64,000 nt of DNA. It comes from the human T2T-CHM13v2.0 reference genome, Homo sapiens. The translations under genes were made by a program, and so were the position numbers. Below are positions 1-16,190 of this stretch, in pieces. The DNA lies in NCBI RefSeq assembly GCF_009914755.1, contig NC_060933.1. One strand, written 5' to 3'. The notes beneath the pieces are model-generated. The model saw only the letters and a list, made by a program, of their open reading frames with translations. It searched no databases and had not been told where the DNA came from. How positions within the stretch are numbered: position 1 is the stretch's first letter; every line of letters begins with the position of its first letter.

Positions 1-230
1 CTGGTGGGAAGAAGAGGCAGTCTTGCAGAACTGAATCCTCAATGAGGGGGGATCAGACGCTACCTCCAGGTAGACAGTGTCTAAAGTGGACTGGAGGACA
101 CCCAGCTGGCGTCCACTGCTTGTATGTGCACAAAAATCTCCACATTTGGTCACAGAAGTCTTCGTCTATGTTGGTGATTGTTGCTGTGGTGTGAGAGCAG
201 AGGAAAAATACTTGAGAGTTTTTCCAGAAC
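1..230 (+). mobile_element. MER21-like LTR, terminal part (cut by window start)
   Basis: Resembles MER21B/C motifs 'gatcagacgctacctccaggtagacagtgtc', 'ggaggacacccagctgg', 'catttggtcacagaagtctt' and 'gtggtgtgagagcagaggaaaaa'. Confidence 0.7.
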
Positions 231-419
231 AGGCCTGTTGGGGAAGTCAGTGAGATCACTGTACACTATGACACGGCGACCCTCTCCAAGCTGATCTGAC
301 AGATGACACTGTCCATTTCTTCTGTGAAAGGTGCTGATGGATGAATGCCTCTTGCACCAGCTAAGACTTGTGCTCACCCAGGGCTAGCTCGGTCGCAAGC
401 CTGTCTATACCAGTTGTAT

Positions 420-1520
<1,101 letters not shown>

Positions 1521-3848
1521 TCAAATCCTCTTGCCTCCATGTTGCACATCCCTGTAGCTGACTTCCTTCAGGGGTCCCCAAATAGTCTACAATGTCACTC
1601 CTCCCTTCCATCTCTCCCCACCAGGTGTTCTTTTATGCCAATATTCCCTGGAAAAACCAAAAGGATACATGCAGATAATTTGCTCAATGGGAGTGTCAGT
1701 GTGAAGTCTAACATTTTGCTCCTGAGTCAGTACACAGTTGAGACTCCTTTTCAGCTGACCCCAACCCTCTGCCATTGTGAACCCACCAGGAACAGTGGGC
1801 ACCAGGCACACAGCTTTTCTCTGCCTTCTGTTATTTCAGCTTCTTTGCAAATGGCCACATTCATTTTCACAGCCACTGTTAGGGCAAAAGCAACAATTCT
1901 GCTTCACAGTTCTCTCCGCACAGCTCTTAATAAGCCACTGACCCCTCAGCCCCACAGAGAGCTGGGGGTGCAGCAGTGCAGCCCACGCAGTTAGCACCAA
2001 CCGGGCAGGTCCAGGGCCAAAGCCAAATCCTGCTCAGTGGCCAGCGGCACTCGCCAGTGTGACTCATTTTTAGCAATTCACAGACATGCAGCAACATCTT
2101 GGCTTGAGGCGTCTGGGGTACAGCCGGCAGCAAGAGTGGGCAGGCGCCGTGGGCGTCCTCACCACTGCATGTTCAGAGCCCACATGCCCACAGACCAGGC
2201 TGGTGAGGCTCCCGGCTCCACTGCCACCTTCAAGGGTCACTGCTAACCTTGCTGGGAATGGGAAGGGCATCACCACAAACTGCCCTCCGCACATCTTGAC
2301 TCAGCAACAGTGTCCAGTGTCCAAGGGCAGCTGGAATTGAAACGAGTGCCTCTCTCACACGTCATTTGTGGCAACTTGGTAAAGCTGATCTTGCAATGCA
2401 CCGAGGAGCAAGTGAGACCCCACACAGGCTGCTCAGCGACTAAATCGGCCACGCCACACATGACCCCCAGTCCCGCCCTTCAGATGCCCCAGGGCAAGAC
2501 AGCAGGCACAGGGCCTCCAGCCCCCATGTCGGCGGAGCCAGCACCAGCAACCCTGGGCTGAGACATTTCCCACCATGCCCGAGGCTACGGTGGCGACAGA
2601 ATCAGAATGGGGTCTATGGTTTCCTGAAGTTCACCAGGGCTTGGCATCGGTACTGGGCTGGCGTCTTTGGGAAGAGTTTGAACAGCTACACTATCTAGTG
2701 TATGCAGCAAGCCAGACATGTTCTCAAGCACTCAGGTGAGAGAGTTCACGTGGCAAACATGAGAAGCCATCAGCAAATGCCTTCCCAGAGGCGAGTTTCA
2801 GGCCCGAAGCACCTGCGGGATTGACGGGTGCGGTTTTGCCTTCTGCTTGAACAGATGTTCTCCCGGGCTTTACCTCCTTGTAAGACACGATCATCTACTT
2901 CCGCAGACAGTGCCTAAACATGCCAACCCAGCTGGGACCCTCTGCTCTGCACTTCAGCTGCAAGCAGGGCCCGGCCCAGGCCCTTGTGTTCTTTACCGTT
3001 AGCGGCAGCAACACCTCAGTAAATTCCACCTCAGACAGGGCATTCACACAGGACGCCTGTCCGGTCACTCTCGGCAGAGGCTGCATGCTCAGCAATAAAG
3101 GCTGCCACAAGGACAACCGCAGGCAGCACCGGGAGCCCTGCGGTCTGTGTCACCAGGTGTGGCCGGAACAGGAGGGACGACGCTGGCCTCTGCATCCCAG
3201 TGGAGTCTACGTTTGCGGGTCACACACAGGGAATGCGGCCCTAATTAGGACCCCACTTCGCTGTGAGGAAGACAGACCCAGAGGGGAGACATCGGCACTC
3301 TCATGCTGCACAGAGGCTAGGACCTAAGCCCCACCTGGCATAGGAAGGTACAAGGACAAGTGGTATCGATTCTGGTGTCACACGTCACGTGGTTCTTTTT
3401 CTCAGCAGAAACTATAAGATGCAGTTTCTCATCAACAGAGCAAGTGGCAAACTCATGGGAATTCCCCCTCTCTTCGGCCTGAGGAGGCTGGCTAGGAGGA
3501 AAAGGGACACTGGCTCTGGCAGCTGGGGGACAGGAAGCAAATGCCCATACGAATCTTTCCTTCCCACACCTCCCCTAGGCCGGGACAGCGGCGCTGGTGG
3601 GGGAAAAGCTGTCAGGGCCTCTGCCAGCCCTCCGTGCAGTAGTGACAGGCAAAGGTGGGAAAAGCTGTCCCTCCAGGGGAACCCAGGCCCAGACTGCACG
3701 GGAACCACGGGGGAGCGCAGGGCCCACATGGGGACATCCTTTTGTGTGGCCGGGGGTGCTCATTCGGCCCGTGTGGAAAGCTGGCCACTGCCCCAGGTCC
3801 GCCCCAGCGCTTCTCCAGTGAGGGGGAGGGTCTCTCTGAGGAAGGGGC

Positions 3849-4272
3849 TGTGTTAATCATGCCTTTATATTTGCTGTATTTCTGGATATTTTGACATCTG
3901 GGGCCTTGCTGATCCTAGAGATATGGCCCCTCTCAATTGCTAGAAGGGCTGGCCAATTCCTAGAGGGAAGCACTCATCACCTGCTAGTGGGCCTTCATAG
4001 GCAAACCAACCACACGGAAGCCACCCAACTACCTCCTCATGCAGCTCTCACCCTGGGCCACCATTTCCTGGCCACAGACACCCAGGGCCGGGGATCCGAC
4101 AGCCAGGGGCAGCCCCACACCTGGAACATGCTGACATGCCTGCCCTGTTTCCCTGCACTCCCTCAGCCTCCTGCTGATCTCAGAGTGGTCCCTCACAGCA
4201 AGCCTCCTCTTCTAGGGTTTGTGACACAAGCCATTTCCGTATCTGTGTGTCTTTCTATTCCTGGTTAAAACA
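3849..4272 (+). mobile_element. ERVL solo LTR, MER74-like
   Basis: Motifs 'tttgacatctggggccttgctga', 'gggctggccaattcctagag', 'gcaaaccaacca'; TG...CA ends. Confidence 0.65.
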
Positions 4273-4367
4273 GATCCCGGCACACTTTAAAATGGGGCCT
4301 TGCTCCCAGGGGAGCTCCCCACACACTCCAAGTGCCTGCCTCCTTTTTACTCTGGTTTGGTCTTAGT

Positions 4368-4588
4368 CAGGGATATCCAATCTTTTGGCTTCCTTGGGCC
4401 ACACTGGAAGAAGAATTGTCTTGGGCCACACATAAAATACACTAACACTAATGACAGCTGATGAGCTTAAAAAAATGCAAAAAAAAAAAAAAAAATCTTA
4501 TACTGTTTTAAGAAAGTGTAAGAATTTGTGTTGGGCCACATTCAAAGCTATCCTTGGCCACAAGTGGCCCACAGGCTGGACAAACTTG
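4368..4588 (+). mobile_element. MER30 (hAT-Charlie MITE)
   Basis: Near-consensus 'tccaatcttttggcttcc...gggccacacataaaatacactaacact'; terminal inverted repeats; degenerate 8-bp TSD gtcttagt/gtctcggt. Confidence 0.92.
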
Positions 4589-6458
4589 GTCTCGGTGTTC
4601 CATTCACTTGACTCCTCGTCTCTGCTGAAATCTACACAATCCCTTCGGCTCCTTGTGTGTGTTTGTGTGAAATCCCTACATCACATCTCTTGGAAGTAGA
4701 GATGCAGAAGAAAACGGGCGGATTTAGCAAACAGGTCGTTGAGATTACCCGATCCTTCTATTTTTCCCAAGTAGGTAATCTTAAAACAAATACATCCTCA
4801 GGCTCCTGCGCGGGGGCCGGGCATGTGGGGAGGGGGGATGTCAGGGGAGGCCTCAGAAGCTAATCCACGGATTGATGGTGACTGTGAAAACCAACACTGA
4901 ATGTTATTTCCAACATAAGGCGGGATCAGCACCTCTGAGGGTCAGGCACACACGTGTGTGTGGCCTGTCCTCCCCGCCCCACCCCCCCCACACACACGTG
5001 TGTGTGGCCTGTCGCACACACTGGGGCCCACTGAAATAGGCCTTGGATTGGAGCTGGGTGTGTGTGAACTGTGCTATTGGTGGAGAGAAACCCAGTAATC
5101 CCTCACACCCGTGGGACTTTCTGCCTTGTCCCTTTCTCCTTGTAAAGAAAAATAGTTAATTTTACAGGTCTTCAGATAATTCCCACTTTGGCCAAAAAAT
5201 AAAAAGAGGGAGGCTTCATTCTACCCCTTCACCAAAGAGAGACCCAGCCAAAGACTGTGTTGACTTACAGAGCTCAATTTATTATGCTCTGAAAGCCATA
5301 GCATTAGGCTCTCTACCTGGAGCCAATGTTTGTGGTTCTTTTTCACATGTACATCTGTCTCCTTACCGTAGAATTCACCTCAATCATATGCCTCTGTGGT
5401 TTGCCCTTAATTATTTTTTCAATACTAGGAGAGGCTAACCAAATGCAATCCTCCATACAAAGTTCATCATCATTGCCCACAACAGCCCTGCCAGGGTGCC
5501 CATCAACACTGGCCACCTAGGTGACATTTACTTTTAGAAAAAAAAAATAAAAATTCTGGCAGGTGCTGCCCCCTCAAGATTAATTCTCAGCAAAGGAAAT
5601 ATAACAAAGATCTCCTCCTGGCACAATGACAAAAAAACACATAAACGAAATGTCGACCTTCTACAGTTGACATCACTCACACCCCTCGCTCTACAAAGGC
5701 CTACAAATTACAGCTGTTGATGTTTTCCCATAACCTAAACTTTCACTCTACAAAACTCTGACTTGTCTAAATGTATTTATACTCTTGGTAATGGAGGGCT
5801 CATTATTTACACTGGTTGTTTAAACAGTAACCAGATTGTTTGGGGCTGGCGCGTCTGGGTCAGGATGGGTTTGCCGTCTGTGGAACAGCACTCAGGGCCC
5901 ACTGGGTGGAAGGAGCCACAGAAACTGGCGAGGGCAAAGTGGGAGTCAAGAAAGGGGCTTTGTGAAAACTGAAACTAGGCCTACACTGTGGATCCTTGAG
6001 GAACCAAACTGCAACGCAATGTCAGAAAACACCCAACCCCAGAAACCCAATGGGCCCCGCCTTGAACCCAGAGCAGCTTCTGGAAGATTCCAGCGTGTCC
6101 CATTTCCTCAGCTGCGCTTTGCCACTCCATATGAATTCAGGGCCCCCTCTAGAAACCTCTCTGAGAGCCCTTTCTGACTCCCTTCACCAAAACACTCCAT
6201 CCTAAACTCTAAGTCCTCAGAGAGCGTGTTTACCGCCTGGGAAAAATGAGGCTTCCCCATGCCAGAGTTCAGAAGGCCCTTGGACACTGGAAATGAGCAA
6301 AACTCACTCAGAAAACTTAAAGGGGGCAGCAAGAATGAGAGCTGAGGGCCTATGGGACATGGTGGCACTGAAGTATAATCCTGAGCTGTACTGCATTTTC
6401 CCTCCTAAAGGAGAAGATATTGCAAAATAAGATGCTCTGTCAAGAAGAAAAATGTTCC

Positions 6459-6640
6459 AGCCGGGTATGGTGGCACACACCTGTAGTCCCAGTTACTTAG
6501 GAGGCTAAGGCAAGAGGATCGCTTGAGGCTGGGAGGTCGAGGTTGCAGTGAGCAGAGATCATACCTCTGCACTCCAGCCTGGGTAACAGAGGGACACCCT
6601 GCCTCTGAACATAAGAATAAAAGAAGGAAGAAGAAAGGAG
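6459..6640 (+). mobile_element. Alu monomer (FRAM or AluJ right arm)
   Basis: Right-arm Alu sequence only, A/G-rich decayed tail. Confidence 0.85.
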
Positions 6641-8034
6641 AATGTTTGAGGAAAAAAATCAAAGTGAAAGAAACCTTGATCTATTTTTGATCGTGGAAGG
6701 CATCCCTCTGCCTCTAGAAGGCAACAGCCTGGCTCTGTCACTTCCCCAGAGAACAGAAACCACTCCTGTCCGTTCGTCAGAGGCCACGCACTCTAGCCTC
6801 CCCTTACCCCACGCACACTCCAGGGAGAAGAGCGGCCATCCATCATTCAGGTGAGACAGGCTCCGGAGGGCCCTGGCATGACAGCATCATCCTAGAATCT
6901 GGCCCCCTCCATGACTGCCAGCCGCTGACAAGCCATGACTTCTGAACACAAAAATAACATCACTATAAGCGATACCATTAAAGCAGACCAGCTGTTACAT
7001 ACCACTCTTTGGAAGAAATCCACAAATTAAAGACAAAAAGTTAACCTGAGATCCCCCACGTTTACAGGCTCCCTCATTAAGTCAAATGGTAGGGCATTAC
7101 CACCATGTGCTCCTAATTTCTTCTCTGTAAGATAAAAATGACAGGGTTCTGCCTTTCAAGGATCTGGGTGATGCTGTGAAGAAGGAAAACTCCCAGGAAG
7201 GGAGCCAGTGTGGCCATGAAGTAACACACACCTCCGGCATGGCTGGACGATGGGCCCATGGGCCGTGGAACGTAAAACACAAAACAAAGACAACCCAGCT
7301 GAAACCCAGGCCCGGCTGGTTTCCACGGGCTTAGAGAAGCACTCTGGGCCCCCTCCTCACCCCACAAGGGCTGACACAGTCGGTGACAATGCCTCGAAGC
7401 ACCTGCAAGTGATTGTCCCCAGCAATGACTCAGAGGTGTGCCCTCTCACTGCCTGTTCAGAAAACAGGACACAGAAAAATATTAACAGCTATAAGGCAGA
7501 ACCAGGTAATACAAGTAATTTAATTCTTGTAGGGAATTGAGGAGTCCTGCTTACTGAATGGGTTTAAGAAAAAGTTCATGGTTATATAGATTATGTTTCA
7601 AGAAGGAAATCCAGTAACATTAAAAAATACCTTTTTCCATAATAAATGATATGCATTACATTTTAAAATGATCTATGGTTTCCAACATGCCATGTTACAG
7701 ATTCATGGTGTGTATAAAATGATTTTTCTCTTATGATCAGTTATTACAGAGCGGTATAGCTTCCTCTCAGGAGCAAAGAAACCACAGGCATTTTCATTCA
7801 TAATAAAAGTTGTCACATGGTTTGAAAAATAAACTTTAAAGGCAATTACAATACATGGGTCAAAAAAAAAGGTGCTTAAAAGAGAACATTAAATGTTCAC
7901 ACGTAGAATGAATACAACCAGACTGAGGCATTCAATCAAGCTCCTCTTGCCTTTGACAGGCATATAGTGAGTTACAGGATTTTCACTAATCCTCAAATAA
8001 ACAGTGTAAATACTGTTCTTAACTCAGAAATTAC

Positions 8035-8123
8035 CTGCTGGCTATCGAGAGGTATTCTTGACGAACAGTGTGATGGCACTGTGACCGTCAGCCTCTGAAA
8101 CCCATGGTCTTTGGATAAATTCC
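8035..8123 (-). other. Candidate 89-nt exon of an unidentified minus-strand gene
   Basis: Minus-strand acceptor ggttttcctttgcag|GG and donor CAG|gtaatt in non-repeat sequence; no transcript evidence available. Confidence 0.35.
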
Positions 8124-8384
8124 CTGCAAAGGAAAACCATTTCACAGGATGCCAAACCACCCTGCAATGCAGGGTACGGTCCCAAGGCCCTTCTCAGTTG
8201 ATCGGAAGGATATCATCACATCCCTAGGCAACACAGATGTATGGAGATAGGCATGTCTCAAAAACCCAACAGCAACACAAAACCATCAGCGCCCGTGGAA
8301 GGGGTTGCCCTGAGACTGGCTCTCACGGCACAAACTCGGCCTGCCCCATGGGACCCTACTGGCCACTCTCTACCTGCTCACGGT

Positions 8385-9130
8385 CACCCCCAAAGCCTGT
8401 GCATCTCCTCTCTCAGAAAACCCTTCTCCATAAACGGTAAGCAGCCTCACCTTCTACCCAGTGGCTCAAGGCAAACACCCGATGCCATCTGGCTCCCTCT
8501 TCCCTGGATTCCTCAAGCCGGTCCATCGGTCATCAGTTCTATCCCAATACAGGTCTCGGAGCCAGTGTCCCCTGTCTTTCTCCCTGGGCCTGCCCTCACG
8601 GTAGCCACCAGCAACCTTGCTCGGGCTCACTGCTGTGGCCTGGCCCCACCTCCATGCTCTACCACATTACCCAAATGTTCACAGCCACAGGAGACCCTTC
8701 AAGAGATCAATCAGATCACATCTCCTCCTTGCTGAAACCCTCCAAGGCGTTTCCACCTACCTCAACTAAGCTCCAAATCTTCACCAACCCCAGCCGAGGA
8801 CCTGCCCAGGCTCTTTGGGCAGCCTCACCTCCCACAAGAGTAGCCCCCTTTCCCCTCTGGCTGGTCTCAGATCACCCACGCTCTTTCTTGTCTTGAGACG
8901 TGGACACTTGTGCTTCCTCGGCCTTGCCCCGAATGCCAGCTCTGTCCCCCAGCCTGGACCTGATCTCCTTGCAGAAGCCACCTCCCCCCGCCAGGCTTCC
9001 TGCCCACCTGCCAAGGCTCCCACACCACCCCACAGCTCCCCGCTGTGGTATGCAGGGCCCTCCCTGGCATCCGCGATCCCCTCCTTCAGTGGGTCCTTGT
9101 TTACCACCCCCCCACCCCCCCAACACACAC
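8385..9130 (+). mobile_element. L2 LINE fragment
   Basis: L2-like motifs 'cccagtggctcaaggcaaac' and 'aatcagatcacatctcctccttgctgaaaccctccaa...tccaaatcttcacc'. Confidence 0.7.
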
Positions 9131-11778
9131 ACTCTAGAATTGCCTGGTTCTACATATTTCCAGAGATATGACATGTCAGTCCATGGAGGATTTAAACATG
9201 AGATAAAGGAGTGAGGGTATGGGAGAAGGGGGAAGAGACCAGCATTTACCACTCACCATTGGTTTTCAGCCCCACTTCACAGAGACAAGACACTTGGAGA
9301 GAAAGATAACCATCCCACAGCAAAGCTGCCCTACCTTAAGTTGACATGATCTTAAATCTCCTAAAAATGTGACAAAGCATTTGAAGAGGTGTCTTTAACT
9401 GACCATCTGTACTTCTAAATCACTTTGAACATCTCAGAAGGAGAGATATAGACTGCCTGTGGGGAGACCCATGGGCTGTGGCTCTGCCTGCCTTCCAGAA
9501 GCTTCACTCGGGGCCTCTGAGCAGGCAGAGGGCAGAGCTGACATCTGCCGTTTCAAACACAACCCCAGGGGCTCAGTGCTGGTGAGGCGGTTGGCTTGGC
9601 ATTTCTCTCAGCCAACCTGACTTTACTGAAATAGAGTCGAGAAGGAAGGCCGGGACCCAGCAGGGAGGGGCAGAACTGGACTGTCCCCACCCTGAGTTCA
9701 TGCCAGGACCCTGGCGTGCCTCCACCAAGGAAGGCAGGAGACCTTCGTGGGGTCCAGGGCTCCTGGTAAATCCCAGACCAATGCAGCTATAGGACCACTG
9801 CAGGTGGCCGTGCAAGATAGAGACAGTGACCTGCAAGACAGAGATGGTCTCTACCTCAAGGCACCAGGGAAGGGGTTCGGCTTGGACAGATCCTGATGGC
9901 TGCCACCTGCTACATCTGACCCCTGCAACTTGCAGGCTCCTCCAGCTTGGCCACCTGTGCACGTCTCCTCCGGGGAGTGAAGGGGGTCTCTCAAGCTGTA
10001 CTGGGCCAGGCACTGATGCTCAGGATCATCCTACCCGGCCACCAGCGCCAGGAGCAGCACCCCCTTCGCCTGCCAGGCACCCGTCGGGGCCTCCTGGGTC
10101 CTGCAGTCCTATGGCCACCTCGCCAATATGAGGCCCCATCTGGTATCCATGGGAACGGAAAGAAAGTCAAGGCTGGGTTTAACGACAGTGATTAAGATTT
10201 ACTTAGGGAGTAAAAGCAAAAAGAAAACAAAGGCCCAGCTAGTTGTTAAGGGGAGGGAGGAGGAGGGGAAAGAGGGAGGAGAGGGAGGGGAAGGGGCTAT
10301 GGGCTGTTTTAGCGTCTCCAGCTTTTGTTTATAGCTGTTCCAGACGATCTGAAAATTATCAGGTGGGGGAAAGGGAGCCTCAACACGCTCTGGTCCGCAA
10401 TGCAACTTACGAAGCATTTCCTTTTCTCTGGGGCCAGAGCGGTGATCACATGAGCCTTTGCTTTTTCTAAACTCCGTGTTTGTTTTTGTAGTTTCTGCCA
10501 AACTAAATCAATTCAGCTTGTGGCAACTTTAAAGAATCATGACTCGCTCAAACAGCCTCAAAGTTTGACTTCTTTCCAAGAACATGGACCAACATTTGTA
10601 TAGGTTTCACATGCCTGGCGATCAAATCCTCTAATTACGCAAATCTGTGTCACAGAACTGCAAATTAGTAACTTCTAAGATGACAGATTCCTATTCTTTG
10701 ATATGCAAGGCTAAATGTCTTTCATTCAGGGAGGACAGAAATACTAAACTTTTTTTTGCAACAGCACAACCACGTATCTTTTGCAATATCTTTAACTGGA
10801 ACAAAATGCCACACCCCCCCACAGGCTATCTCCCTGTACTCCACCACAACCACCAACTCCCGCCCACCACGCCCCCCCACCCCACCAGTAGCCAGCCCTC
10901 TCCAAAAGGGCCCCTCATGCCACCTGGACCCCAGGGGAGCTGGAGACCCCTCAGGTGACATGGCAATGTCTGCAATGACTGAACCATTCCTAACAGAGCC
11001 TTCTGAGGTGGCCGAGAGGAAGCATATGCCACAAAGGAAGTCCCTGGGACTCTCTAGAAGAAAAGAGACCATGGCCCACGCTGGCATAGTAAGCCTAACA
11101 CTGTATCCATGAGAAAACAGAAAGAACAGAGTGGGCTCAGGGGGTCTTAGCGACTGCCCCAGCAGTCCTGGAGATGGAAATACCAATGGCGTGGAGAACA
11201 GCCCACACACAGCCTTGGGCAGCCTCACCTCTGGCCTCTCTTAGTTGCACAGGAAGCCACCAACTCAACTCCCTCCCACCCTGAGCCCTACCCATGAGCA
11301 GCTTGGGGGACCAGGGCCTCCCCAGCCTGCAGAGTCCTGCCCCCTCCCTCTTCTGCAGGTCATGCTATTCTGTCTCTGTTCTTGAAGGATGACCCCTTCT
11401 TCCATCCCAAGAAGAACCCACGGTCCCCACAGCTCTGTCCGGTCAGTCCCAAAGAGGTGGTCCGCCTCTTCCTCTCTTCCCAGCCAGAAGCCTGGTGGGT
11501 CTAGGGGAGGGAAATGGCCACAGTGGCGTGAATGGACTCGGCCCAAAGATGAGCCCTGGTGAATGATCTCTGCAGCCCCCGCAGCCACAGGGAGCTGGCG
11601 GGCAATGAGGTGTCAGCCCAAGGCCAGGACTGACACAGCATGGGAACACCACAGAAGCACCAACCTTGTCACTGAGCTGCTGACCCCCACCCCCAGGCTC
11701 CTAGCAGAGCTGTCGCTGCACAGAGAGGGTCCTGCTTCCCAGATGCCAACCTTCGGGGCTACAGGCAAGGCTGTTCAT

Positions 11779-12450
11779 CTGTATGTGTGTCTATGTCTGT
11801 GACGATGCACGTGTCTACGTGTGTGTCTTTGAGTGTGTCTGTTAGTCTCTGTGTGTGTTCTGTGTGTGTCTGTGTATGTGTCTGTGTGTCTCTTTGTGTA
11901 TCTTTGTGTCTCTGCGTGTCTTGGCGTGTGTTCTGTGTCTGTCTTTGTGTGTCTGTCTTTGAGTGTGTATCTTTGTGTGTGTCTGAATATTCTGTGTGTC
12001 TCTGAGTGTTCTGTGTGTCTGTGTTTGTCTGTCTTTGAGTGAGTGTGTGTTGGTGTGTTTCTGTGTTCTCTGTGTCTGTGTCTTTCAGTGTCTGTGTCTT
12101 TCAGTGTCTGTGTATCTGTCTTTGTGTGTTTTTCAGTGTGTTCTGTGTGTGTCTTTTGAGTATGTATCTGTGTGTCATTCAATATTCTGTGTGTGTGTCT
12201 CAGTGTTCTGTGTGTATGTCTGTGTCTTTGTTCTGTGTGTGCCTGTGTTTGTCTGTCTTTGAATGTCATTGTGTCTCTAAGTGTGTTCTCTGTGTATGTC
12301 TGTATTTGTGTGTGTGTGTCTGTTTAGTGTTCTGTATGTGTGTCTGTCTTGGAGTATGTGTCTGTGTGTGTGCCTCTGAGTGTGTATGTGTCTGTCTTTG
12401 ACAGTGTCTGTACCTGTGTGTCTGTACCCGTGTGTGTCTGTGTGTGCACA
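11779..12450 (+). repeat. Degenerate (TG/TC)-rich low-complexity tandem block
   Basis: About 670 bp almost entirely of tgtg/tctg/tgtt units. Confidence 0.95.
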
Positions 12451-13088
12451 CCTGTCATATGAAGAAGAAGGGGCAGTAAGAAGGTCGGGATGGTGATGAG
12501 TCTCTCACAATGCTGCCTTCAACACTACAGCTATCTTTGTAATCTTTTTCCTTTCTACTTAAAAATTAACGTACATTTTGCATTCTTTATTACATGTCCA
12601 TGTTTGTTCTGGTTTTTAAAATGCACTGCCCCCACCTCAAATTTTAATTTAATAAACAAAACAATGTCTGGGAAGATGGACGTGTTTCTCCTGAGGCTCC
12701 AAGTCTCATCCTCAAGACCCGAGCAAAGCCACGCTCCCACGGCAGGATGCCCTCTACAAGTCAGCCGGGAATCTGAGCAAGATGGACACCAGGGCCCCAG
12801 CAGAGACCAATGGAAGCAGAATTCAATGCCCTGAACACATTCATCTGGGGTGTCCTGGGGAACTCACAAAGAGCCAGGCAGTCACCTCCCCAGCCCTGAG
12901 CAGAGAAAATGCACAGTGGCTTCAGTGTGGTCCCCAGATCTACAGTCAGGAGCCACGGCAGGCAATCTACCAGGAGAGTCCACCACTACGCTGGCTCCCT
13001 CCCTCCCCTCCCCTCCACACCCACATGCGCAATGCTGTTTCACAGTCAGTGGGTTATTACATAGCCAAGTGCTTCCTATCGATGGGTG

Positions 13089-13819
<731 letters not shown>

Positions 13820-14699
13820 TTAAAAAGCACCTCCCCTCCACCATGGAACCACCATTCTGCTGTCTGTACCCTTCCTGGTGGTCTCCTTTCCACATTGGCT
13901 GCCTGGTCTTCCCAGCAGCCTGCTCCCTCAGCAACACCTGCAGATCAGACTGCCCCATACAGTAGTACCCCCTGCCCCACAGCTCCCCTCCACAGCCATG
14001 CACCCCTGAAAGGCCCACATGCTCACCTGTGAGTCACTTACTCCCCCTGTCCTCGTTCTCCAGCCCTTCCAAATGTGAGTCAACCATTGTCAGTGCCAAC
14101 CCTTAGTCTTTCTGCTATCCTCAAACATCATCTTGGCTCAGACATTCACCCCAGGACACAAATATTACTGCCCTGGCGAAGATCCTCACGTCTCTGCCTT
14201 AGACAAGGACTCCAGCCCCGGCGTCATTACACAGCACTCATCATGCCCACTATACTATCTACTCAGCAGGTCCCAGGCATCTACTCAGCAGTTCCCAGGC
14301 ACTGGGACCGAGGGTCCTTGTCTTTCAAGGCTTCCTATTTCTTGGATAAAACTGATGCTGAATGTATGTTTAGTGAAAGGTGGACACAAGCAAAGGAAAG
14401 ATGGAAGGAAGACAGCTAAAATATACATTACAAAAAAGCCTCACAGTTAAACAAAAACCAAGAAAAGGCTAGAAAAAAAGGCGCTTCAAAACAAATTGTA
14501 AACACGGCAGTTGACCCAAATCGGGATGAGAGAAATCCATGAAGTGATGGAAATGTAAAGAGGCCAACATTTGAATATGAAATTTGAACTGGAACCAGCT
14601 ATAAAAAGTCAAGATTTTTAAAACATGTTTTCTCCTGGAGCTGGTTACTGAAGGGCCTGGAGGCAGTGGCCACTCAGGGTCCCTGAGCACACCAGCATC

Positions 14700-16190
<1,491 letters not shown>

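Noticed and set aside
9573-10139. GC-rich, exon-like segment with a minus-strand acceptor at 10140 followed by ATG
   Set aside because: No convincing donor, early stops in all frames, no recognisable protein
11775-12451. His/Thr-rich and Cys/Val-rich ORFs (also 31577-32395 and 50477-50931)
   Set aside because: Artefacts of stop-free TG/CA repeats
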